Positions 9,305-18,411 of a stretch of DNA of 64,000 nt are shown here, piece by piece; positions within the stretch are counted from its first letter, which is position 1, and the number at the start of each line of letters is the position of its first letter. A program made the position numbers and the translations under genes. The notes under the pieces are model-generated. The model worked only from the letters and a program-made list of their open reading frames with translations. It was not told the origin of the DNA and searched no databases. Origin of the DNA: Planctomycetota bacterium (GTDB lineage: Bacteria; Planctomycetota; JAJSAM01; JAJVHW01); the NCBI GenBank assembly GCA_965248445.1, contig CBDFJG010000004.1, positions 1,792,001 through 1,856,000 on the forward strand, in the 5' to 3' direction.

Positions 9305-11800
9305 TTACCGCGGGACGCGGCCGACGACGTAGAGCGCCCTGACGCGAGCCCAGGAGAGCCTGCGGCCGCGGGGCAGCTCCCGCGGATCGAGGATGATCTC
9401 GGGCTCCTGGCCGCGCCCCGGCCCCTGTCCTCCCCCGGGAATCGGGTCGAGCTCGACGCCGAGGAACGCGCAGCCCCGCTCGACGAGCAGGTGACGGGCC
9501 AGCACGTGCGGGTCGAAGTCCCCGGCGAGGGCTCCGGGCCCCGCCTTCCGCGGCTCCATCCGGCGGATGCTCGGCCCCGCGGGGTCGAACAGCTCGCGGA
9601 AGACCGCGTTCAGCCCGCGGACGAACACGTTCTGCACGATGAAGTGGTGCCGCACTCGCTCGCTCGACACGATCGTGAACCGCTCCCGTCCCGGCCCGCC
9701 GGTCATCTCATCCAGGCGGCGCTCGAGCAGGTCTCCCTTGACGGGGTCCTGGATCATCGCGAGCACGCGTGTGTGCGGCGGGTACGGCAACTGCCCCGAC
9801 GCCTCCAGACGCGCCAGTTGCAGGCACTCGAGCGCTACGACGCCGTCGAGCGCGTCCGCGCCCCGCGTGCGCGGCAGGAACAGGACGACGTCCACCGTCG
9901 CCAGGTTGATGACGGGGTCGTGCACGAGACGCGTCGAGTCGCTCCAGTCCGCGACAGCGACGCGGACGCGCGCGGACCCCGACTCGCTCCGCACTTCGAG
10001 AAGCGTGTGATCCGCGGTCGACGACTCCTCGAACGTGACGCCGGGCAGCGAGCGGGTGAACGCGGAACGTACGTCGCGAAGCAGCACGGGGACGCGCGAC
10101 TCGTCCCGCACGAGCACATCGAAACCGACGTCGCCATAGAAGACCGTCACGTCCGTCAGGACGCGCGGGATGCGACGGCTGTCCCCGAGCACGAGCACGC
10201 GCCGAACATCGTGACCACTCGGGACGAGTTCCAGTCCGTCGAACGCCTGAGCATCCCCCGCCGGCGCGCTGTGCGGATGTGCGACGAACGAGCGTCCGAA
10301 GTCCCGCACGTCGTTCCAGCGCAGGGAGACGCCGATCACGCCGCGAACGGCGTCTGCGCGCATGCGCCCGGCGTCGTCGACCATATCCGGCGGCACGGAG
10401 TCCGGTGTTGGCGCGAGCAGCACTCGGAGATCGTCGAACTCGGCATCCGGGTCGCCGGGCGGCGCGATGAACACCCCGAGCATCCAGACGTTGTGATCGC
10501 GCGCGGCGCGGTCGTGCAGGGCCGACAGGTCGAGTGAGGTTCCGGCGGCGCCCGAGCCCAGGAACCGGGCCCGCTCAGCGGAATCGAACACGTACGAGTA
10601 GATCTCGCAGCCATCCGAGGTGAGGAGCTGGCGGTACAGCCGGTAGATGCCGGCGTTGGCCATGTTCTGGGCGATGTAGTTCCCGACGAACGACCCGGAG
10701 CCGATCACGTGGGTGCGCGCACCGCCGGCGGAGCGCGCGGCATCCAGGCTGCTCTCGTGCTCCAGGTCCGCGTACAGGTGCACTCTCGGATTGCGGTCGC
10801 GCGTCGCGAGGATCGCCGCCACCACCGCGGCGTCGGGGTCCCCCGGCTGGGTGCCGAGAATGACCACGCGCTTCGCTCGTGAGACCGCTACGCGGTCCAG
10901 GTCCTCGGCGCGCACGGGGTCGCCATGCCGGTACGAGAACGCGTCGATCGCATCGGCAACGCTGTCCGGCGGACGCTCCGTCGGACCGAGCACCGCTCCG
11001 CGGAACGCGCGCAGGTTCTTGCGGTAGATCCCCGCGAACTCGGCCAGCAGGAAGTGGCTGTGCTCGCCGAGCCCGAGGATGACGGTGTGGTCGCGCGATT
11101 GCACCGGGCGCGTTCGCGAACGGATCATGAGTTCCTCGATGGCACTCGTGCCGATGCCGACGAGGAACGAGAACAGCAGCAACCCCGCGAGCGTCAGCGC
11201 GACGGACACACCGACGACCCAGATGTGGTTCGGTTCCCGCCACAGGTTGCCGGGATCCTCGACCTGCATGAAGCTCCACCAGAAGCGGCCGAGGAAGTCG
11301 CTGGGGAAGCCGTCGGGTCCCGGCGCCTCGCCGAGTACGGCGTGCAGCACGACCGCGGCCGCGAGGCTCAGCAAGAACCCGGTGACGAGGACGAACGCGA
11401 CCTGGAAGCGGCGCTCGCGCGACATGAGGATGCGCCAGAGGTCGCGCATCATGTCGCCCCAGTAGCCGAGCAGGAGCACCAGTCGCACGAGGCGGATCAG
11501 CCGCACGTAGCGGAACCCGAACATGCGTTGCAGAGGCAGGAACGACAGCACCGCGATCAGATCGAGCACGAGCAGCACCGTCTCGCCGAAGGTCGCCTGG
11601 CCTGCGCGTACGTGTCTCACGAAGACCGCGAGACGAACGAGGAACTCGAGCCCGAAGATCCCCAGGAACCACCAGTCGAAGATGCCCTGGCGGCCTCTCA
11701 AGAACTCGAGGCCGTCGATGTCCGCGAACGCGTCGAGCGGGAGGACCGAGAGCAGGATCAGGAGCGAGAGCAGGACGCGCACGAAGTACGTCGAGAGCAC
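9305..11800 (-). CDS. 6TM ion channel: voltage-sensor-like domain, CASTOR/POLLUX-like pore, tandem RCK domains
   Basis: S4-like RYVRLIRLVRL, pore FWWSFMQVEDPGN, RCK motifs DHTVILG and RHGDP...DL..V....AKRVVIL, LLTSDGCEIY, and a second RVLVLG domain. Confidence 0.75.
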   Translation of the reverse strand: MLSTYFVRVLLSLLILLSVLPLDAFADIDGLEFLRGRQGIFDWWFLGIFGLEFLVRLAVFVRHVRAGQATFGETVLLVLDLIAVLSFLPLQRMFGFRYVRLIRLVRLVLLLGYWGDMMRDLWRILMSRERRFQVAFVLVTGFLLSLAAAVVLHAVLGEAPGPDGFPSDFLGRFWWSFMQVEDPGNLWREPNHIWVVGVSVALTLAGLLLFSFLVGIGTSAIEELMIRSRTRPVQSRDHTVILGLGEHSHFLLAEFAGIYRKNLRAFRGAVLGPTERPPDSVADAIDAFSYRHGDPVRAEDLDRVAVSRAKRVVILGTQPGDPDAAVVAAILATRDRNPRVHLYADLEHESSLDAARSAGGARTHVIGSGSFVGNYIAQNMANAGIYRLYRQLLTSDGCEIYSYVFDSAERARFLGSGAAGTSLDLSALHDRAARDHNVWMLGVFIAPPGDPDAEFDDLRVLLAPTPDSVPPDMVDDAGRMRADAVRGVIGVSLRWNDVRDFGRSFVAHPHSAPAGDAQAFDGLELVPSGHDVRRVLVLGDSRRIPRVLTDVTVFYGDVGFDVLVRDESRVPVLLRDVRSAFTRSLPGVTFEESSTADHTLLEVRSESGSARVRVAVADWSDSTRLVHDPVINLATVDVVLFLPRTRGADALDGVVALECLQLARLEASGQLPYPPHTRVLAMIQDPVKGDLLERRLDEMTGGPGRERFTIVSSERVRHHFIVQNVFVRGLNAVFRELFDPAGPSIRRMEPRKAGPGALAGDFDPHVLARHLLVERGCAFLGVELDPIPGGGQGPGRGQEPEIILDPRELPRGRRLSWARVRALYVVGRVPR

Positions 11801-11950
11801 GCGCTCGGCGCCCTCGATCGTGCGCGCCCAGCGCGACGCCCGGCCCGACCCGCGACTTCCGTCTCCCGTCCTCTATCTCGGCAGGAGGCTACGGAAGACG
11901 CCCGGGCAGTGCGTGCTATCCTATCTGCGGAGCGGAGCACACCGTCGACC

Positions 11951-12868
11951 ATGGCGAACAACACTCACCGACTGACGACGCTCGTGGTGGCGCTGGCGGC
12001 TCTACTCGCGACCGCGCCGGGTACGTCCGCCGAGCGGCTCCTGGAGTTCGATGCACGCGTGACCATGCGTCACGCGCCGACCGGCACCACCGGTCGGGTG
12101 CGTCTCTCGGGCACCCTGCGTGACAACCGTCCGGCGACGTTCGATCCGGCCGCCGACGATGTGAGCGTCCGCGTCGGTGACACGACGATCTTTGCGCTTC
12201 CGCCTGCCGCGGAGCGCGGGAAAGTGCGCCGCGTGCGGCGGGGTAAGTGGCGCTATCGCGGGCCGCGCAGTGAGGGTCGCCCACGGCTGGTGGTCAACCT
12301 GAGGCGAGCGACGGTCAAGTTGCGCGTGCGCAGAGCGGATCTCAACGCGTTCGACCGTGACGCGCACACCCCCACCGATGTCGTCGTCGATCTCCGCCGC
12401 ATGACGTATCGATCCAGCGGAGAGATGTTCCCCGCGCGGCGCGGCCTCGCGTTCGCAGCGTCCGGCGGGGTGCCAGGTCTTCCACCGACCTTCGTGTTCG
12501 CCGGCAGGCTCGGCCTCTCGTTCCAGCAACTCGAAGCGAAGCAATCGATCGTCATCCGGACTGCGGCGGATTGGGCCGCCTTGTTCGAGTCGATACCGGA
12601 TCAACCACCGCAGATCGACTTCGCCGAGGACATGGTCCTCGTCTCTCCGCCCGGCTGCGCAGGCCGGGGATCCGAGTTGCCGGTCGTGAGTCACAACCAA
12701 TGGTTCGGGCTCAACGTGCGGTGGCGCCACACGGCGGACTCGTGCGTCGCTCCGCTCGAATTGCCATCGCCGCCCCCGAGCGACGTCCTCGCCGTGTGGG
12801 TGCGTGCGTGTCCCGGCACGATCAACTTCCAGATCTCGCCCAGCAACGTGATCGAGGTGAACAGATGA
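11951..12868 (+). CDS. secreted protein with PrcB-C-terminal-like domain (paralog 1)
   Basis: Signal peptide from ATG 11951. VIRTAADWAALF...PQIDFAEDMVLV. Confidence 0.7.
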   Translation: MANNTHRLTTLVVALAALLATAPGTSAERLLEFDARVTMRHAPTGTTGRVRLSGTLRDNRPATFDPAADDVSVRVGDTTIFALPPAAERGKVRRVRRGKWRYRGPRSEGRPRLVVNLRRATVKLRVRRADLNAFDRDAHTPTDVVVDLRRMTYRSSGEMFPARRGLAFAASGGVPGLPPTFVFAGRLGLSFQQLEAKQSIVIRTAADWAALFESIPDQPPQIDFAEDMVLVSPPGCAGRGSELPVVSHNQWFGLNVRWRHTADSCVAPLELPSPPPSDVLAVWVRACPGTINFQISPSNVIEVNR

Positions 12869-13800
12869 ATCGCACGCGCATCCTGTTCGCAGCATTGGCC
12901 GCGGCGTTGCTCGCGCTGCCGGCAACGGCGGCCGACGGGCCGCAACTGACCGTCGACAAGCTCGTGATCCGCGCGCCGGCGCCGAAGGGCGATTCCGCGG
13001 CGAACCACAAGATCGTGATCCGCGGGCAGTTCGACATCGACTCCAGCATCGAGAACGACGTGCAGGAGCAGGATGTCGTCATCACCGTGGACGGCGTCGA
13101 TGTCTTCGCGCTGCGCGGCACGGAGGACCGTGACCGGTTCAAAGAGAGCAAGCCGCTGCGCTGGCGCTTCCGCGGCCGGCGGTCGGCGGGACGCCCGCGC
13201 CTCAAGCTGGACCTCTCCACGCGCACGTTCAAGCTGAAGGCGCGCGGACTGGATCTGACCCCGATCGCCGACGGGACACACACCGACATCGAGGTGACGC
13301 TCCAGCTCGGCGAGACGGTCTGGTTCGGGCTCGTGAACATCGCGCGCAAGGGGAAGAAGCTCAAGCTGGCGCCGCGAACGACGCCGCCACCCGACGACGA
13401 CGGCGGAGGCGGCGGCAGGGGCGACGCGCCGTTGCGCGTCACGCCGATCGTCTCGGGGTACTCCTTCAGCGCGCTGAGCGCGGAGAACGTCGTCATCCGC
13501 ACCGAACGCGAGTGGGCCGCGCTGTGGTCACGGGTCGGGGAGCGGGGCGCCGCGCCGCGTATCGACTTCACGACCGAGATGGTCGTCGCCGTCTCGCTGG
13601 GCCCGCGCCCCACCCCGGCTCATTCGGTCGCCATCGACAGCGCCACGGCGACGAGCGAGGGTGTCGCGGTCGCCTTCACCGAGACGGTGCGCACGCGTGG
13701 CGTGTTCCCGACGGTGATCGTGTCGCCCTACTCAATCGCGCGCACTCCAATACGCAGCGGCCGCGTCACGTTCTCAGGGCGCCTCGTTCGAGTACCGTAG
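12865..13800 (+). CDS. secreted protein with PrcB-C-terminal-like domain (paralog 2)
   Basis: ATGA overlap with the previous gene, signal peptide, VIRTEREWAALW...PRIDFTTEMVVAVSLGPRPT. Confidence 0.8.
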   Translation: MNRTRILFAALAAALLALPATAADGPQLTVDKLVIRAPAPKGDSAANHKIVIRGQFDIDSSIENDVQEQDVVITVDGVDVFALRGTEDRDRFKESKPLRWRFRGRRSAGRPRLKLDLSTRTFKLKARGLDLTPIADGTHTDIEVTLQLGETVWFGLVNIARKGKKLKLAPRTTPPPDDDGGGGGRGDAPLRVTPIVSGYSFSALSAENVVIRTEREWAALWSRVGERGAAPRIDFTTEMVVAVSLGPRPTPAHSVAIDSATATSEGVAVAFTETVRTRGVFPTVIVSPYSIARTPIRSGRVTFSGRLVRVP

Positions 13801-13808
13801 GAGGCCGG

Positions 13809-14720
13809 ATGACCGAGAAGCACATCGCCCTGCTGACCGCGACTGCCGCGCTGTGTCTCACCGCGGCGTTGGCCTCCGTCGCCGTGACGGCACCCGACGG
13901 TCCCGCGCTCTGGGTGGACAAGCTCGTCCTGAGGACGCCCGCCCCCCGAGCCGGGTCCGCGCCGGATCACCGCGTCACGCTGCGTGGCGAGCTGGAGCTC
14001 GGTCCGCCAGCCGACTACGACCTGAGGTCGCAGGACGTCGTGCTGACCGTCGGCGGGATCGAGGTGCTCGCGCTCCGCGGCGCGGAGCGCGAGGGTCTGC
14101 GCGAGGTGCGACCGCTGCGCTGGCGCTACCGGGGTCCGCGTGACGCGGGGCGCCCGCGTCTCCTCCTCGACTTCGCCACGGGCACGTTCCGGCTGAAGGC
14201 GCGCGCGCTCGACCTCTCGGCGCTCGGCGACGACGCCGCGATCCAACTGGCGCTGCGGGTCGACACGACGACATGGTGCGGACACGCCGACGTCGAGCGA
14301 ACAGCCCGCCGCATCAAGCTGATCCGCCCGCCACCCGCCGAGCAACTGCCGCGCGCCGGAGTCGATGACGGCCCGCACTACTCCCCGTCAGCGATCACCG
14401 AGAACACGGTCGTCAGGAGCGACGAGGAGTGGGCTGCGATGTGGGCACGACTCGACGGCGAAGGCGAGCCACCGGCCGTCGACTTCGCGACCGAGATGGT
14501 CGTCGCCGTCGTCGTCGCTGACAAGGGCGCGAGCCTGGAGCGGTCGGTGAGGATCGATCGCGTGGTGGCGCGGGGCGACGACGTAGTCGTGAAGTACACC
14601 GAGACGTTCGACACGAGTCACCCGGTGTTCGCGCTCGCCGTCACACCGAAAGCGCTCGTGAGCGTGCCCCTGCGCACGGGACGCGTCCGATTCGATCGCC
14701 GCTTCCGTCGCATTCGCTGA
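13809..14720 (+). CDS. secreted protein with PrcB-C-terminal-like domain (paralog 3)
   Basis: GGAGG RBS, signal peptide, VVRSDEEWAAMW...PAVDFATEMVVAV. Confidence 0.8.
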   Translation: MTEKHIALLTATAALCLTAALASVAVTAPDGPALWVDKLVLRTPAPRAGSAPDHRVTLRGELELGPPADYDLRSQDVVLTVGGIEVLALRGAEREGLREVRPLRWRYRGPRDAGRPRLLLDFATGTFRLKARALDLSALGDDAAIQLALRVDTTTWCGHADVERTARRIKLIRPPPAEQLPRAGVDDGPHYSPSAITENTVVRSDEEWAAMWARLDGEGEPPAVDFATEMVVAVVVADKGASLERSVRIDRVVARGDDVVVKYTETFDTSHPVFALAVTPKALVSVPLRTGRVRFDRRFRRIR

Positions 14721-14913
14721 GCCGGATCTCGCGTCCGACGCGCGAGAACAACGGTCCCCCCGTAACGAACACAAGGAGCGCCCGGCGCTCCTCATCTCGT
14801 CCCCCGGATCCTCATCGACCCAGTGGCTCGGTCCGCGTCTCCACGGTCCCTTCCCCTCTGGGCGGTGTCGTATTCCGCAGAGGCATGCTACCGCGGGAGG
14901 GGGGGGCGTTTCC

Positions 14914-15510
14914 TCACTCAGACGGGACGAGCCGGAGCACTGCGCTGTTGATGCAGTACCGCAGCCCCGTAGGCTCGGGACCGTCCTCGAAGACGTGCCC
15001 CAGATGGCCGTCACACTTGCTGCAGACGATCTCGGTGCGGACCATCCCGGAGCTGCGGTCTGCGTGCTCGACGATGGAGGAGTCGCTGGCAGGCTTGTAG
15101 AAGGCCGGCCACCCACAACCCGAGTCGTACTTGTGGTCCGAGAGGAACAGAGCCTGACCGCAGCCCACGCACTCGTACGTGCCGGGCGTGAACACCTTGT
15201 CGTACTGGCCGGTCCAGGCCCGTTCGGTGCCCTTCTCCCGCAGCACGTAGAACTGGTCCGGCGAGAGGATGTCCCGCCACTGCTCGTTCGTCTTGGTCAC
15301 CTTCGCCTCCTCCCGGCCGTCCTGATTCGGCGCGGACTCCGAGACCGGAGTCGCGGCGCCCGGTCCCGCATTCGACTCAACTGAACTCGGATCCGCCGAT
15401 GGTGCTGTCCCGGTCTCAGGGGGCCGGCCTGTGGGTGGACCGCCCCCCGGCGACGGAGCGCATGCAGCGGCGAGCAGGGCCAGACAGGCGAGCAGGATGA
15501 CTGGACGCAT
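14914..15510 (-). CDS. msrB: peptide-methionine (R)-S-oxide reductase with lipoprotein signal
   Basis: KGTERAWTG, CVGC, KYDSGCGWPAF, HLGHVFEDGP.PTGLRYCINS. N-terminal LAAAC lipobox. Confidence 0.95.
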   Translation of the reverse strand: MRPVILLACLALLAAACAPSPGGGPPTGRPPETGTAPSADPSSVESNAGPGAATPVSESAPNQDGREEAKVTKTNEQWRDILSPDQFYVLREKGTERAWTGQYDKVFTPGTYECVGCGQALFLSDHKYDSGCGWPAFYKPASDSSIVEHADRSSGMVRTEIVCSKCDGHLGHVFEDGPEPTGLRYCINSAVLRLVPSE

Positions 15511-15663
15511 GGCGACAGATTACCTCAGACCACGTCGGTCTCACCCCGGTGCAAGCGCCGCGCAGCCTCCCAAGGAACCACTTGCGGGCGCCAGGCATTC
15601 CGTTCCCGTTACTCACGCGAATTGAACGGAATGCCAGCCCCCAACTCCCGCCACAATCCCCCC

Positions 15664-17778
15664 ATGGCCAAGCGCACGCCCCCCAAGACACGCCGGGGGA
15701 AGTCCACGCGTGCGAAGCAGAAGGCCGCCTTTGCCGCCGAGTCGTACATCAATCGCGAATTGTCGATGCTCGAGTTCAACCGGCGTGTGCTCGCGCAGGC
15801 CAGGGACGAGTCGGTCCCCCTCCTCGAGCGGCTGCGGTTCCTGACCATCTGCAGCACCAACCTCGACGAGTTCTTCGAGATCCGCGTCTCGGGCCTCAAG
15901 CAGCAGGAGCAGTACGGCGTCAAGAGCAGGCGCTTCGACGGCCTGACACCGCTGGAGTCGCTGGCACGGATCTCCAAGACCGCGCACGGACTCGTCGAGC
16001 AGCAGTACGCGCTCCTGAACGACGTGCTCATTCCCGGGCTCGCGGCCGAGGGCACGCGGGTCCTGCGGAGGGACGCATGGAGCGAGCGTGCGAAGCGGTT
16101 CGTGAAGACGTTCTTCCAGCGTGAGGTCATGCCCGTGCTCACGCCGATCGCGCTCGACCCGGCGCATCCCTTTCCGAGGGTGCTCAACAAGAGCCTGAAC
16201 TTCATCGTGAGCGTCGAGGGCACCGACGCGTTCGGGCGCGACGTCGGTCTGGCAGTGGTGCAGGTACCGCGGGCGCTGCCGCGAATGATCGCCCTGCCGA
16301 GCGGGCGGCGCGGCCGCCACGACTTCGTGATGCTCTCGTCCGTGATTCACGCGCACGTGCGCGAGCTGTTCCCCGGCATGAAGGTGCGCGGGTGCTTCCA
16401 GTTCCGGGTCACCCGCAACAGCGACCTGTGGGTGGACGAGGAAGAGGTCGAGAACCTGCTGCAGGCGCTCAAGGGCCAGCTGCCGAGCCGGCGTTACGGC
16501 GCGGCGGTCCGCCTCGAGGTCGCCGACACCTGTCCCGAAGAAGCCGCTGACCACCTGCTCCAGCAACTGCAGCTGACGCCGGACGATCTCTACCGCGTCA
16601 ACGGACCCGTCAACCTGTACCGGCTCGCGCAGTTGCACGATCTCCTAGAGCGGCCGGACCTCAAGTACCCGCCGTTCGTCGCGGGACTGCCCCGACGCCT
16701 GACGCTCGGGCGCGACATCTTCACGGTTCTGCGCATCCGCGACGTCCTGGTGCACCACCCCTACGAGTCGTTCGCCCCGGTGCTCGAGCTGATTCGTTCC
16801 GCGGCCACCGATCCCAAGGTCCTGGCGATCAAGGTCACGCTCTACCGCACACAGAGCGGATCCCCGCTCGTCGAGGCGCTCGTCGAAGCCGCGCGCAAGG
16901 GCAAGGAGGTCACGGTCCTCGTCGAACTGCGCGCCCGATTCGACGAGGCCGCGAACATCGACCTGGCAACTCGGCTCGAGGAAGTCGGCGCCAACGTCGT
17001 GTATGGAATCGTCGGTTACAAGACGCACTGCAAGATGCTGATGGTCGTTCGCCGCGAGGAGCAGCGCCTGCGGCGCTACGTCCACCTCGGGACGGGGAAC
17101 TACCACACCGGGACGGTGCGCGCGTACACGGACTTCGGCCTCCTGAGCGCGGACCTGCGGCTCGGCGAGGACGTGCACCGGCTGTTCATGCAACTCACGG
17201 GCCTTGGCAAGGTGCACAAGCTGAAGAAGCTCCTGCAGGCACCGTTCACGCTGTTCGAGACGCTGCTGCGGCTCATCGCCGACGAGCGCGACGCCGCCCT
17301 GGCCGGCAAGCCCGCGCGGATCGTCGCCAAGATGAACTCGCTGTCGGAGAGGGACATCATCGACGCGCTGTATGCAGCGTCGCAGGCGGGCGTGAAGATC
17401 GACCTGATCGTGCGCGGCATCTGCTGCCTGCGTCCCGGCGTGCCCGGGCTCTCGGAGAACATCCGCGTCCGCTCGATCGTCGGGCGGTTCCTCGAGCACA
17501 CACGGATCTTCTCGTTCCACGCCGGCGGCGAGGAGCTCGTGTACATGTCGAGCGCGGACTGGATGTCGCGCAACTTGCACCGGCGCGTCGAGACCTGCTT
17601 CCCCGTCCTCGACAAGGCCGCCAAAGCACGCGTCGTCGACGAGGGCCTCAAGACCTACCTCTCCGACAACACGCAGGCGTGGTTGCTCCAGTCGGACGGC
17701 CGCTACCGCCGAGCGAAGCCGGGCAAGTCCGCTCCGGTCGCCGCGCAGACGACGCTGCTCCAGCGCCTCGCCGAGTGA
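15664..17778 (+). CDS. ppk1: polyphosphate kinase 1
   Basis: INRELS.LEFN.RVL, NLDEFFEIRV, HHPYESF, ELRARFDE, HLGTGNY, SIVGRFLEH, SSADWM.RN. Confidence 0.97.
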   Translation: MAKRTPPKTRRGKSTRAKQKAAFAAESYINRELSMLEFNRRVLAQARDESVPLLERLRFLTICSTNLDEFFEIRVSGLKQQEQYGVKSRRFDGLTPLESLARISKTAHGLVEQQYALLNDVLIPGLAAEGTRVLRRDAWSERAKRFVKTFFQREVMPVLTPIALDPAHPFPRVLNKSLNFIVSVEGTDAFGRDVGLAVVQVPRALPRMIALPSGRRGRHDFVMLSSVIHAHVRELFPGMKVRGCFQFRVTRNSDLWVDEEEVENLLQALKGQLPSRRYGAAVRLEVADTCPEEAADHLLQQLQLTPDDLYRVNGPVNLYRLAQLHDLLERPDLKYPPFVAGLPRRLTLGRDIFTVLRIRDVLVHHPYESFAPVLELIRSAATDPKVLAIKVTLYRTQSGSPLVEALVEAARKGKEVTVLVELRARFDEAANIDLATRLEEVGANVVYGIVGYKTHCKMLMVVRREEQRLRRYVHLGTGNYHTGTVRAYTDFGLLSADLRLGEDVHRLFMQLTGLGKVHKLKKLLQAPFTLFETLLRLIADERDAALAGKPARIVAKMNSLSERDIIDALYAASQAGVKIDLIVRGICCLRPGVPGLSENIRVRSIVGRFLEHTRIFSFHAGGEELVYMSSADWMSRNLHRRVETCFPVLDKAAKARVVDEGLKTYLSDNTQAWLLQSDGRYRRAKPGKSAPVAAQTTLLQRLAE

Positions 17779-17879
17779 CCTCAGAGCGCGTCAACGTCTC
17801 GGGTGTGTCCCCGCTGCCGGTTCGTACGTCCTGATGCGGGGGCACGTGTCGCGCCCGTATACTCGCCGCGGAGAAGCTG

Positions 17880-18407
17880 ATGCACAGCACGGACACCGAG
17901 AAGTTCACGCGAGCCGACTACGCGCAGCTGCCGGAGGGATTCCCGGCATACCTGCTCGACGGTCAACTGGTTCGCGAGCCGGCTCCGACGTTCGGACACC
18001 AGGCGGTCGTCGGCGAATTGCATCTGCGTCTTGAGGCCGTCGCGCGGCACCGCGTACTGATGTCGCCGATGGACGTCGTCATCGATGACCTGAACGTGCT
18101 GCAACCGGATCTGCTCGTCTTTCGCGAAGGCGTTCGCGCGGGTCTCAGCACGCCGCCCGAGGAGATCCCGATCCTCGTGGTGGAGGTGTTGTCCCCCTCG
18201 ACGGCTCGCCGCGACCGGCGGGCGAAGACGGCGATCTACTTGCGGGCGGGCATCGCCGAGGTGTGGCTCGTGGATCCCGTGTCACGGACGATCGACGTTG
18301 TGACGCCGGTGGGCAAACGCCATCACGAGGCGGACGAAGCCGCCGTGTCGGCCGCCGTCCCAGGGCTCCGACTGATCTGGTCCGACATCGAGCGCGCACG
18401 CGCCTGA
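17880..18407 (+). CDS. Uma2/DUF820-family endonuclease-fold protein
   Basis: QPDLLV, LVVEVLSPST..RD...K...Y..AGI.E.WLVDP. Confidence 0.9.
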   Translation: MHSTDTEKFTRADYAQLPEGFPAYLLDGQLVREPAPTFGHQAVVGELHLRLEAVARHRVLMSPMDVVIDDLNVLQPDLLVFREGVRAGLSTPPEEIPILVVEVLSPSTARRDRRAKTAIYLRAGIAEVWLVDPVSRTIDVVTPVGKRHHEADEAAVSAAVPGLRLIWSDIERARA

Positions 18408-18411
18408 GTCT

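Noticed and set aside
10925..11950. N-terminal extension of the 647-aa ORF
   Set aside because: It is antisense to the channel gene. The real start is ATG 11951 with a signal peptide.
14721..14913. tRNA or ncRNA in a hairpin-rich intergenic region
   Set aside because: No cloverleaf or T-loop motif. The hairpins fit terminators between convergent genes. No tRNA or rRNA was recognised anywhere in the window.
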